From Mobula hypostoma (taxonomy: Eukaryota): 64,000 bases of DNA. The translations under genes and the position numbers were made by a program. The notes beneath the pieces are model-generated. The model saw nothing but the letters and a program-made list of their open reading frames with translations. It was not told the origin of the DNA and did not search any database. The stretch covers positions 128,094,001 to 128,158,000 of the forward strand of contig NC_086097.1 of the NCBI RefSeq assembly GCF_963921235.1, written 5' to 3'. Below, piece after piece: positions 26,275 to 37,429 of this stretch (the first letter of the stretch is position 1; each line of letters starts with the position of its first letter).

Positions 26275-27306
26275 ACTGAAAGAAGAACTAGTAAGAGATT
26301 TGAAAGCAGGAGGGGGAGGGGGAGTTTCAAAATGATAGGAGAAGACAGGAGGGGGAGGGATGGAGCCAAGAGCTGGACAGGTGATTGGCAAAAGGGATAT
26401 GAGAGGATCATGGGACAGGAGGCCTAGGGAGAAAGAAAAGGGGGATGGGGGGGAAGCCCAGAGGATGGGCAAGGGGTATAGTGAGCGGGACAGAGGGAGA
26501 AAAAGGAGAGAGAGCAAAAGAATGTGTGTAAATAAATAAATAACGGGTGGGGTATGAGGGGGAGGTGGGGCATTAGCGGAAGGTTGAGAAGTCAATGTTC
26601 ATGCCATCAGGTTGGAGGCTACCCAGATGAAATATAAGGTGTTGTTCCTCCAACCAGAGCGTGGCTTCATCTTTACAGTAGAGGAGGCCGTGAATAGACA
26701 TATCAGAATGGGAATGGGATATGGATTTAAAATGTGTGGCCACTGGGAGATCCTGCTTTCTCTGGTGGACAGAGCGTAGGTGTTCAGCGAAACACTCTCC
26801 CAGTCTACGTCGGGTGTCGCCAATATATAGGAGGTCGCACCGGGCCTTCTATGTCCCATTCCCATTCTGATATGTCTATCCATGGCCTCCTCTACTGTCA
26901 AGATGAAGCCACACTCAGGTTGGAAGAACAACACCTTATATTCCGTCTGGGTAGCCTCCAACCTGATGGCATGCACACTGATTTCTCTAACTTCCGTTAA
27001 TGCCCCTCCTCCCCTTCTTACCCATCCCTGATTTATTTATTATTATTATTATTATTTCCCTTTCTTTCTCTCTCTCTTTTTTCTCCCTCTGTCCCTCTCA
27101 CTATAACTCCTTGCCTGCTCTCCATCTTCCCCTGGTGCTCCTCTCCTCCTATCCCATGATCCTCTCCCTTCCCCAGCCTCGTATCCCTTTTGCCAATCAA
27201 CTTTCCAGCTCTTAGCTTCATCCCTCCCCCTCCCGTCTTGTCCTATCATTTCGGATCTCCCCCTGTCACTCCCACTTTCAAATCTCTTACTATCTCTTCT
27301 TTCAGT

Positions 27307-27344
27307 TAGTCCTGACAAAAGGTCTCGGCCCGAAACGCCGACTG
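27307..27344 (+). ncRNA. Degenerate hammerhead ribozyme motif
   Basis: UAGUC-CUGACAA-A-AGGUCUCGGCCC-GAAAC-GCC-GACUG; G8>A and GUC>GCC. Confidence 0.6.
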
Positions 27345-27403
27345 TACCTCTTCCTATAGATGCTGCCTGACCTACTACGTTCCGCCAGCATTTTGTGTGT
27401 GTT

Positions 27404-28135
27404 AGTTGTAGGGTAATAACTGTTCTTGAACCTGACGGTGTGGGACCTGAGGCTCCTGTGCCTCCTGCCTGATAGTAATAGTGAAAGAGAGCATGGCCTA
27501 GATGGAGGATGTCCTTGATGATCGATTCTGCCTTTTTGTGGCAGTGCTCCTTGTAGATGTGTACATTGGTGGTGAGGGTTTGCCTTTGATGGACTAGAAT
27601 GTATCCACCATTTTCTGTTGACTTTTCTATTCCTGGGCATTGGTGTTTCCATACCAGGCTGTGATACATGAGTCAGGATGCACTCCACTGTGCATCTATA
27701 GAAGTTTGTCAAAGTTTTACATGACACGCCAAATCTATACAAACCTCTAAGAAAGTAGAAGTGCTGCCATGTCTTCGTAGTGACGGCACTTATGTAGTGG
27801 CTGCAGGACAGATCCTCTGATATAGTAACACCAGGAATTTAAAGATACTGACCCTCTCTATCTCTGATCCTCTGATGAGGACTGGCTCATGAAACCCCAG
27901 CTTCTTCCTTCTGTAGCCAATAATTCACTCTTTGGTTTTGCTAATGTCGTGTGAGAGGTTGTTGTTGTGACACCATTCAACCAGATGTTCAACCTCCCTC
28001 CCATATGCTGATTCATCGCTGCCTTTGATTCGGCCAACGGCAGTGGTGTCACCAAATGTAAATATGGCATTGGAGTTGTACGTAGCCACACAGTCATAGG
28101 TACAAAGTGAGTAGAGCTGGGGGCTAAGCACAAAG
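27404..28135 (-). mobile_element. Rex1/Babar RT/C-terminal fragment
   Basis: LSPQLYSLCTYDCVA...FGDTT, TNFYRCTVECILT, SGRRHRSLRSHTVRFKNSYYP. Confidence 0.9.
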
Positions 28136-28246
28136 TCTTGTGGAGCTTGATTGCTTTCAAATATCTCTGATGGGCAGATGGGCTTGTACCTGTCAATTAG
28201 AAACAGATTAAAGTGTTAAAAACTAACTCAAGCTTTAAAATGATAT

Positions 28247-28445
28247 GGGTAGCACAGTATGCAGTTAGATGAGCTCCATTAACCCTGGTGCTGGGTGCTG
28301 TTTGTATGGGCTTTGCACATCCTGCCTGTTGCCCAATGCATTTCATCCAGAAGCTCTGGTTCCCTCCACAATTCCAGCATTAGTTTAATTACCTTTAGTA
28401 TGCAAGTAAGTTGTAGAATGTGAATGTGGGGAAGTTTGTGGGACT
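28247..28445 (+). mobile_element. Degenerate V-SINE
   Basis: GGGTAGCACAG head; TTTGCACATCCTGCCTG...GCTCTGGTTCCCTCCAC V-domain remnant. Confidence 0.5.
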
Positions 28446-28447
28446 CG

Positions 28448-28875
28448 GAATCAGAACCAGATCTATTATCACCGACTGAGATGATGAGAGCTTCATTGTT
28501 TTGAGGCAGCAGTATAGTGCAAGGACATAAAGTGAGTATGAATTACAAAAATAGTTCAAAAACAAGAAATAATGAAGTAGTGTTCATGAGTTTATAGGCT
28601 ATTTAGATATACAATGGCACAGGGGAAGAAACTGTTGCATATGAGTTTTCAGGTTCCTCTACCTCCACCCTGATGGTAGTAATGAGAAGAGGGCAGGGCA
28701 CTATTAGTGAGGGGCCCTGGTGATAGATGACACCTTCTTGAGACACCACCTGCTGAAGATGCCATTGGTGATGGGGAGGGCTATGCCCATGATGGAACTG
28801 GTTAGTCCATAACCCTCTACAGCTTATGGAGTTCTCCACCATACCTCCAGAGAAATTTATGAGTCTTTAGTAATC
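28448..28875 (-). mobile_element. Rex1/Babar 3' end
   Basis: GAATCAGAACCAGATCTATTATCAC tail; CCTGATGGTAGTAATGAGAAGAGGGCA motif. Confidence 0.75.
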
Positions 28876-29069
28876 TAATGGCCTAATTCTGCTCCTATAT
28901 CTTATGTTGGGCCCAAGATGCATCCTTCAAGATCATGTAGACTTTGAGAGTAGGCAGGATTAAATTGGTTATTGCAGGATTAGTAATATAATGAGTGGCG
29001 GATGGCTGATGTAGATTCAGTGGGCAGGATGGCTTATTTCCATGTTGTAAGACTCTCAATGACTCTAAG

Positions 29070-29590
29070 ATTTTGAAAAGTTGTAGGTAAATTGGGTAAA
29101 GAATGATATAGATTTGGTAAGAAGGATAAGAAAGGTATAGAGGGTATAGATATACAGAAACTTCTCCCCTTATCAGAAACAAATAAAACTAGAAGACGTA
29201 AGTTTAGGGAAAAGAGTAAAAGACTTAGAGAGCATCTGAGGGGTACCTTTATCACCCAGAGAATGGTGAGTACAAACTTCCAGAGAGAATGGTTGAAGCA
29301 GTCACAGACACCATTTCAGGAGTTAAAGAAATACTTGAATTGTCTAGGCTTAGAAGGCTATGGGCAGAATTCAAGTTCGAATTTATTGTCAGGGCAAACA
29401 TACCCAAGGCGTAAGATTAGCAGCAGTAGTGTAGTACACTACAGACATAACAAACATAAATTACATAAACTTAAATGAACGTAACATAACATAAACAAGT
29501 GTGGAAAGACGGGATTAATATGGATGGTGCTCCTTGGTCAGTGTTCACAGGGTGAGCTGATTGGCCTGTTTCCATGCAGAATGACTCCAA
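29070..29590 (+). mobile_element. Old CR1 3' end with a short opposite-strand Rex-like tail inside (~29368-29500)
   Basis: FITQRMV-like remnant and GGCCTGTTTCCATGC...GACTC tail. Confidence 0.55.
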
Positions 29591-31253
29591 AGCTCTCAGA
29601 AATGATTTACCTTTAAGTTAAGGTCAATGGCACTATTTGAATTGGTCCCAAACTATGGTAAAGCTGGGGGTCTGCTTAAGAAGTGCATTCAACCCCTCAT
29701 CTCGAGACATTTGCGCTCCACTCTTGGATTCAGTGACAGATGTTCTGACATCAGACTTTCTGCATATTGCTGACTTATGCAATGAGCCAATGGTCCTCAA
29801 AGGATTGGCAGCTAGATCAGCAAGAATTGACCCATTTAGTGGAGCAGCCTCTTTACTCTGGTGGGCTGTGCTCAGGTGTTGAAACCCTCATTAGAAGCCA
29901 CACTGAGGTCCATGTTAGAACACCTTGGAGAATGGGAGTCAGTGACTCCAGGACAGCATTAAATTTACCCCAATAATATATAACCTGGTTATCACTCATT
30001 TCTCATTGCAAATGATACAACTCATTCCTGTATTAATTTTAATATTTTTGAAAATTAATATATTCAGCAAGCAGAGATTTCAGATTAATAAAGAAGGTAG
30101 TGTTCCTCACATTGAACCAATGATACAGAACCATGATAATCTCTTAAAAATCATTTTGCAGAAATCACCCCGATTACCATAACTTAGCTGGAAGGTGATT
30201 TCCTTACTGTTGTGTGTTAAATATTTGCTTCTTACACAAGGGAATTTGAATACATTCTATGACGGACAGAGGTTAAAATAACTCAGGTATCAAATTGTTC
30301 CCCATGTATGGAAGACCATTATTACTTTAATTTTTTCAAAGTACAAACCCAGAATAAATATACATGCATCAATGTGGATGAAAATAAGTAAAAAATAATG
30401 TATAAATTCCATAAGTGCTAAATTTTATTCTGTAATTCTGAACTTTTGGAAGTAGTTTGCATAAGGGTGAATTTTCATTACCTGGGGCTGCTGCAGTGCA
30501 GGGTATTCTGTAATAAAGGAAATGGTTTCCCAAGGAATGCAATTGCAGCCCTTTCCCTCTTCATTCCGGCTGTCTGTCTGAATCAGGCTGCTGTATTCGG
30601 TGTGTCATTGGACAGGAGGGATGTTAAGCGTACCAGCACAAAAAAGATGGGCCAAATGGTTTCCTCTGTGGTTAACATCTATGATTCTATGGAGAGGTTC
30701 AGAGGAAATTTACAGGGATAGTAACTGGATGGTAAATTACCTCAGCCACGTATGTGTTACGTATGAGCGGAGCAAGAATGAAAACAGAGCAGTAAGATTA
30801 TAGATTAGATGTCTTTACTGAGACGTTAGACATGGTACCTGCTGGACAACTTAGTGCGAGAGCAACCAACAGAAAACACGTGCACTTGAAAGCCTGTGCC
30901 AAAAGAGAGTACCTCCCACCTGTATGAGGACCAGTCAAATCACCATGCAATCAATCAGCCGTGTGCATACTTGCCATATTCTTGCAAATGATCCATTGCC
31001 ATTTGGTTTGAACATGTTGGAAGGAGGGAAGGTTAATTGGGAAATGAGGAAAGATGTTCATTCGTAGGCACACAGTATTATATAAGCAGAATTCACATTA
31101 TGTACAATTTTTATAAAGATAGACACAATTACAACAAAAGTATATGGAAGGAGCTATACATGGCACCAGAGGTTTTAGTGGACCTGGATAACTTCTTCCA
31201 GTTCCACCGTGAAACAGTTTAGTTTGTTTTCTTTTAATGTCTCTTTTTCCCTT

Positions 31254-31908
31254 TTCAAGATGGCTGGAATCCTGTCGCAGCCTGTGATCTTTAACTGCAC
31301 TCAAACTGCTGTTGTTCAGGATGGTGGGTTCTCGCTCTCGGAACTCACCAAGTGGCCTACATTTTGGGATCTCCAGATGCAGCTTGGAAGGTGAGTGCCT
31401 TCGGGGTGCAGCCCTGTGGATGACCCGATTTCTCACCGGTGTTATCAACTGAAGCGTTGCGGGAGATTGTAACATTAAGGCAACAGTGTATGCTGCTGTT
31501 GAAAGAAGCAACGCTGCAGATTGTAGCATTGAAACAGCGAGCTGTTTGTCTCCCTCTCATCTGTTGCAGGAGTGATATCTCACTCTCCCTCATTAGTGAG
31601 AGAGGGAGGCTGTTTGAGTTGTCGAAGTGTTGGGATGGACAGTAGCTTTTGATGGACTCTAGATCATGGTCTCTGGGGCATTTGCAATTGCTTGCCTGGT
31701 AGGTGGTGGGGATTGATGCTGTTGTTGGAGCAATGGGGGAGAGGGTTGATGCATTTGCTGTTGTTTGTGTGTGGGGGGGGTGCTTTGGGGTTCTAATGCT
31801 TTCTGTTATTCATTCTTTGAGGTTTTTCTTCTCTTTTGTGGATGTCTGCGAAGAGTAAGGATATCAGGCTGTATACTGTATACATTCTCTGATATTAAAT
31901 TGAACCAT
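31254..31908 (+). mobile_element. Non-autonomous, non-coding retroelement with a Rex1-like tail
   Basis: CAAGATGGC head, CpG-richer body, tail ATCAGGCTGTATACTGTATACATTCTCTGATATTAAATTGAACC. Confidence 0.5.
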
Positions 31909-32086
31909 AGAAAAAAAGTACATTTTTGTGTTGCAGATATGTACTGATTAGGGTTGGACTGGTTGGTTCGAGAACCAAATAGTTGAAGTGAACAACAGGA
32001 ATTCTGCAGATGCTGGAAATTCAAGCAACATACATCAAAGTTGCTGGTGAACACAGCAGGCCAAGCAGCATCTATAGGAAGAGGCG

Positions 32087-32124
32087 CAGTCGACGTTTCA
32101 GGCCGAGACCCTTCGTCAGGACTA
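32087..32124 (-). ncRNA. Minimal type I hammerhead ribozyme, near-intact
   Basis: UAGUC-CUGACGA-A-GGGU(CUCG)GCCU-GAAAC-GUC/GACUG: stem I UAGUC:GACUG, full core, palindromic ACGU stem III. Confidence 0.8.
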
Positions 32125-32419
32125 ACTGAAGGAAGAGTGAGTAAGGGATTTGAAAGCTGGAGGGGGAAGGGGAGATGCAAAATGATAGGAGAAGACAGGA
32201 GGGGGAGGGATAGAGCCGAGAGCTGGACAGGTGATAGGCAAAAGGGGATACGAGAGGATCATAGGACAGGAGGTCCGGGAAGAAAGACAAGGTGGGGGGG
32301 TGACCCAGAGGATGGGCAAGAGGTATATTCAGAGGGACAGAGGGAGAAAAAGGAGAGTGAGAGAAAGAATGTGTGCATAAAAATGAGTAACAGATGGGGT
32401 ACGAGGGGGAGGTGGGGCC

Positions 32420-33592
32420 TTAGCGGAAGTTAGAGAAGTCGATGTTCATGCCATCAGGTTGGAGGCTACCCAGACGGAATATAAGGTGTTGTTCCTCCAA
32501 CCTGAGTGTGGCTTCATCTTTACAGTAGAGGAGGCCGTGGATAGACATGTCAGAATGGGAATGGGATGTGGAATTAAAATGTGTGGCCACTGGGAGATCC
32601 TGCTTTCTCTGGCGGACAGAGCGTAGATGTTCAGCAAAGCGGTCTCCCAGTCTGCGTCGGGTCTCACCAATATATAAAAGGCCACATCGGGAGCACCGGA
32701 CGCAGTATATCACCCCAGTCGACTCACAGGTGAAGTGATGCCTCACCTGGAAGGACTGTTTGGGGCCCTGAATGGTGGTAAGGGAGGAAGTGTAAGGGCA
32801 TGTGTAGCACTTGTTCCGCTTACACGGATAAGTGCCAGGAGGGAGATCAGTGGGGAGGGATGGGGGGGACAAATGGACAAGGGAGTTGTGTAGGGAGCGA
32901 TCCCTGCGGAATGCAGAGAGAGGGGGGGAGGGAAAGATGTGCTTAGTGGTGGGATCCCGTTGGAGGTGGCGGAAGTTACGGAGAATAATATGTTGGACCC
33001 GGAGGCTGGTGGGGTGGTAGGTGAGGACCAGGGGAACCCTATTCCTAGTGGGGTGGTGGGAGGATGGAGTGGGAGCAGATGTACGTGAAATAGGGGAGAT
33101 GCGTTTAAGAGCAGAGTTGATAGTGGAGGAAGGGAAGCCCCTTTCTTTAAAAAATGAAGACATCTCCCTCGTCCTAGAATGAAAAGCCTCATCCTGAGAG
33201 CAGGTGCAGCGGAGACGGAGGAATTGCGAGAAGGGGATGGCGTTTTTGCAAGAGACAGGGTGAGAAGAGGAATAGTCCAGATAGCTGTGAGAGTCAGTAG
33301 GCTTATAGTAGACATCAGTGGATAAGCTGTCTCCAGAGACAGAGACAGAAAGATCTAGAAAGGGGAGGGAGGTGTCGGAAATGGACCAGGTAAACTTGAG
33401 GGCAGGGTGAAAGTTGGAGGCAAAGTTAATAAAGTCAACGAGTTCTGCATGCGTGCAGGAAGCAGCGCCAATGCAGTCGTCGATGTAGCGAAGGAAAAGT
33501 GGGGGACAGATACCAGAATAGGCACAGAACATAGATTGTTCCACAAACCCAACAAAAAGGCAGGCATAGCTAGGACCCATACGGGTGCCCAT
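32420..33592 (-). CDS. PLE reverse transcriptase (motif B onward), Cys linker and GIY-YIG endonuclease; N-truncated
   Basis: (QTKGVA)MGTRMGPSYA, LRYIDD, LPFLDL, YYKPTD, CKRNKCYTC, VIYCVRCSRCGLLYIGET...RFAEH; 390 aa with no stop. Confidence 0.93.
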   Translation of the reverse strand: MGTRMGPSYACLFVGFVEQSMFCAYSGICPPLFLRYIDDCIGAASCTHAELVDFINFASNFHPALKFTWSISDTSLPFLDLSVSVSGDSLSTDVYYKPTDSHSYLDYSSSHPVSCKNAIPFSQFLRLRCTCSQDEAFHSRTREMSSFFKERGFPSSTINSALKRISPISRTSAPTPSSHHPTRNRVPLVLTYHPTSLRVQHIILRNFRHLQRDPTTKHIFPSPPLSAFRRDRSLHNSLVHLSPPSLPTDLPPGTYPCKRNKCYTCPYTSSLTTIQGPKQSFQVRHHFTCESTGVIYCVRCSRCGLLYIGETRRRLGDRFAEHLRSVRQRKQDLPVATHFNSTSHSHSDMSIHGLLYCKDEATLRLEEQHLIFRLGSLQPDGMNIDFSNFR

Positions 33593-34619
33593 AGCTACAC
33601 CTTTAGTTTGGAGGAAAGTTGAAGTGAAGTTGAAGTTTGGTTCTTGAACTGGTCATGTGGGACTTCAGACTTCTGTACCTCATGAGGCTGATGGTAGCTG
33701 CAAAAAGATAGCAAGCCCTGGATGGTGGAGATCTTTGAAGATGAATGATGCCTTCTTGAGACAGTTTCTCCTGTCGATCCCACCAATGAGGGGGAGGTAG
33801 AATGTGAGAAATAGATTTCATTGCTGGGATGATTGGCAGCTGGATGATGCAAGCAATTGACAACAAAGTCATGTGAAGTAGAAAGGATAAATGTCCATTG
33901 CCTGAAGATATATAGGCCTTCAGCCTCTCTAGTGAACAATTCAATGACTGTATAATGTGTGGCAGCATGTCAGCATAACAAAATTTCCAAAGTGCTCCTG
34001 GTGTTTAGAGGGAAAATATTTTGAAAACTGATTAGTTGTTGGATGCTACAGAAACATAATGCATAATGCTAGTAGCAGTGTTAGATTAATGGCTTTTATT
34101 AAATAGAATAAATGCGTTTTACATACAGCTATCCTAATAAAAATAAAGAGACAGATATGTACTCCCGTCTAGCCCATTTATGCAGGGATGAGCACACGAA
34201 TGTTATGAAGGGTCAGAGACAACATGCCACAAAGTACTGACAGCACTTTCATCAACAAGTCAATCCACTGGCAACTTGGTTGTAAAGGTTTTTAGAGATT
34301 AAGTTGGCACTGATATTTATGTTATTTTCTTAAACTGATTTGTAAACATTTTCTTTTCAATTTTGGAGATGTGAACAATATTTCAAACATATATATGTAT
34401 ATCTTGAATCGAATTAATGGTGATGACATTTAATGGGATTCCCATCTCCAGTCCTTACCATTAACAGCATGGGGAATACAAATGACTAGATAATAAAGTG
34501 AACCAACCATGCACATACTGTGGCAACAAGAGCAGGTCAGAAGTTATGTTTCTTATGGCCATTAATTCAGTTCATGATGTCTCAAAGCCTTTCTTACCAT
34601 CTTCAAGATACAAATTGAT

Positions 34620-35420
34620 GGTGCCTGTAGGCAGGAGGTATAGGAGACTGAAGACTCACACTTCAAGGCTCAACACGCTTCTTCTCCACTGCTGTCAGGT
34701 TCTTGAACTGATATGGAAAACACTAGTGCTACTTCAGGCTATATTTCTTATTCTCTCTCTTAGCTTGCACTAATGCCATTATGTTTATTTTGTTGTGTAG
34801 CTTATGTATAATTTATGTTAATTGAAGTTTATGTCAATTTACCTGTAGAAGTTTCACGAAAATGACTCTGGGATTGAAAGGCTTGTCATATGAGGAACAT
34901 TTGATGGCCCTGGTCACCGGAATTCAGAAGAATGAGGGGTGACTTCACTGAAGCACATCAAATGTTGAGAGGCCTTGATAGAATGGATGTAGAGAGGATG
35001 TTTCCTTCGAGGCCAGAGTCTAAGACCAGAGGATACAGCCTCAGAATAAAGAGACGTCCTTTTAGAATGGAGATAAGGAAGGATTTTTTGAGCCAGAGAG
35101 TGGTGAGTCTGTGGAATTCATTGCCACAGGTGGCTGTGGAGGCCAAGTATTTGGGTATATTTAAGGCAGATTCTTGATTAGTCAGGGCATGAAGGGATAC
35201 GGGGAGAAGGCAGGAGATTGGGGCTGAGAGGGAAGATGGATCAACCATAATGAAATAGTGGAGCAGACTCCTTGGGTCAAATGGCCTAATTCTGCTCCCA
35301 TATCTAATGTTTGTCATGTTTGTGATGTTCTGTGTCGCTGTTGCAAAAAGCTCTTTTGCATGGCATTTATATTCTGGATATATATGCCTAGGACAATAAA
35401 CTTAAACTTGAAACTTGAAA
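34620..35420 (+). mobile_element. Rex1-like 3' end interrupted by a CR1 3' end (~34850-35310)
   Basis: GRRYRRLKTHTSRL, then CR1 MRGDFTEAHQML...RVVSLWNSLP, then GACAATAAACTTAAACTTGAAACTTGAA tail. Confidence 0.75.
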
Positions 35421-35814
35421 AGTCCAGAGAGAGATGGACACACACGTGCAGCATCAACAACATTCCTGAAACTTACCACTAATCAGAAATTGCTTTACCT
35501 GCAGCTGTTATTGACCAGAAGAGCAACATGGGCTCCTTCTTTGTCCTATGATCTTATGTGCCCCTGGATTGGTGCTTGAAACCAGAGCTATCAAACACAG
35601 AGGTAAGAGTGTTTCCCACTGTTGCACAAGGTGCCAATCACCTTCCCCTAGAGTTCTGGTTCCCACTGTACTGGGACTACTTTAAATGATGTACTCCCAG
35701 TAAGACCTGCTGCTCTAGGCAATATTGAGAAAACTTTTCTCAAATGCCCTGTAAAAATTTTTTCAACCTCTTTTGTTCTTTCCTGCGTAAGGGATTGCAG
35801 AGGAGGAATGTTTT

Positions 35815-36300
35815 CAGAACCAGAACCTGGTTTATTATCACTGACTTATATGATGTGAAATTTGTTGATGTGAGACAGCAAGACAGTGCAAAGATTAATC
35901 AAAATTCATATAAATCCCAAAAGAAAGTACAAAAAGGGAATAATAAGGTAACATTCATGGACCATTCAGAATCTGTTGGCAGAGCTATTTCTGAGTCATT
36001 GAGTGTGGGTCTCCATGTTCCTGTCCTCCAGAGCATGATCTGAATGGTGAGGATCCCTAGTGATGGATACTCCCTGCTTGAGACACATCCTGTTGAAGAT
36101 GTCCTTGATGGTGGGGAGGGTTGTGCTTGTGATGAAACCGGCGGAATCTACAGCACTCTGCAGCCGCTTGTAATCTTGTGCATTGGAGGCTCCATACCAG
36201 GCTGGGCACAACCAGTCCAAGTGCTCGCAACTCTAAAACTGTGTCATAAAGTAGAACCGCTGATGTGTCTTCTACATGATTGCATCAGCCTGGTAGTTCC
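35815..36300 (-). mobile_element. Rex1/Babar 3' fragment
   Basis: AWYGASNAQDYKRLQSAVDSA...LPTIKDIF...ITRDPHH. Confidence 0.8.
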
Positions 36301-37429
36301 CACATAATATGTTCACAGTGATGAACAGCCTGCTGTTCTTTGCTGTGTTTTAAGGAATTATTATATTTTTTTTGTGAGCAATGTAGCTGGGAGAAAGTTG
36401 TAAATCAGTTGTTACTGTACCACTCATTACCTGAGACATGTGCTTGCTCATCAGGTTCTTAAATATCTCTGCAATGAACGATTTTCAAATGATTTGTTTG
36501 TGCTCCAATAGCTACCTGCATGCTTGGAACATTGTATAATTTCCACACCCTAAAGTCTAAGAAAGCAGATTTCAAACTTAATCCATCATAATCTTTAATA
36601 GCAGCTGACCTATTGAAGGTCCCATTGCATTTAAAGTCAATGTGTAATATTTTGAGGAAAGGCTGCGTTTGCATAGATTAGGTTAGTATCTGACTTGGAA
36701 ACGTGAAAATAATGAGGGGACGGATTTGATATTAATATTGGGAGCATTCACTACTTGGCACATGTGTGAAATAATGACTTAATTACAGTAGGTTAATTCC
36801 GGTAACAGCTTGGCTATAGAGTATGTTTAAGGTGATAAGCCATTGCAAGACTCATCACAGGAGAGTGTACTACAGAACTGTGAGCCACTGCAAAGTTAAA
36901 GCAGAGATCCAAAGCTTTTCCAAAAGGGCCTGGCAAGGCAGATGTGGAGAGAATGTCCTCTCTGGCTGAGAAGTCTAGGAATTGCAGTCTTACAAAAACG
37001 AACTTAAGACTGAAATTGAGGAGAATTTTTTTTTCTCTAAAGGAGCTCAGCCATGTTTAAAGCAGAGATCGATAGATTGCATGAGGACATCACGGTTATG
37101 AGGACAAGGGTTGTAAAATTCTGGAAAGGTAGAAGATCAGCCATGACGTTGAGCAGAGCTGGCTCAAGGGACAAATGGCCTACTACATGGAATGATAGAG
37201 TATTCGTTAACGTAATGCTTTACAGTGCCAGCTGTACGATAGGGATTCAACTCCACTGCTCTCTGTAAGAGGTTTTATATTCTCCCCATGGCAGCGCAGG
37301 TTTCCACCAGTTGCTCTGGTTTCCTCCCACACTCCAAAGGCATATGGTTAGTAAGTTGTAGGCATACTATATTAGTGCCAGAAGAATAGCAAGGCTTGCA
37401 GGCTGAACCCAGCACATCATGACTGTGTT

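Larger units (their letters stand above)
26176..27403. mobile_element. Fold-back pair of Neptune PLE 3' ends (minus arm 26176-26844, plus arm ~26847-27403)
   Basis: Both arms carry the GIY-YIG end (RLEEQHLIF.LGSLQPDGM..DF) and a 3' UTR homologous to 31993-32700, in opposite orientation. Confidence 0.9.
31993..33616 (-). mobile_element. Neptune-type Penelope-like element, 5'-truncated, young
   Basis: 12-bp TSD AGTTGAAGTGAA (31981-31992 / 33617-33628); open RT-GIY-YIG frame; inserted in a Rex1 3' fragment (~31915-33800). Confidence 0.95.

Noticed and set aside
32041..33567. Overlapping alternative-frame and antisense ORFs in the PLE (e.g. 32743-33315, 32041-32433)
   Set aside because: Low-complexity shadows of the RT frame and the purine/pyrimidine-biased UTR; no motifs.
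32420..33592. Selenoprotein-type (Naiad) PLE recoding
   Set aside because: No in-frame TGA in the visible ORF, and the Cys linker indicates Neptune type.
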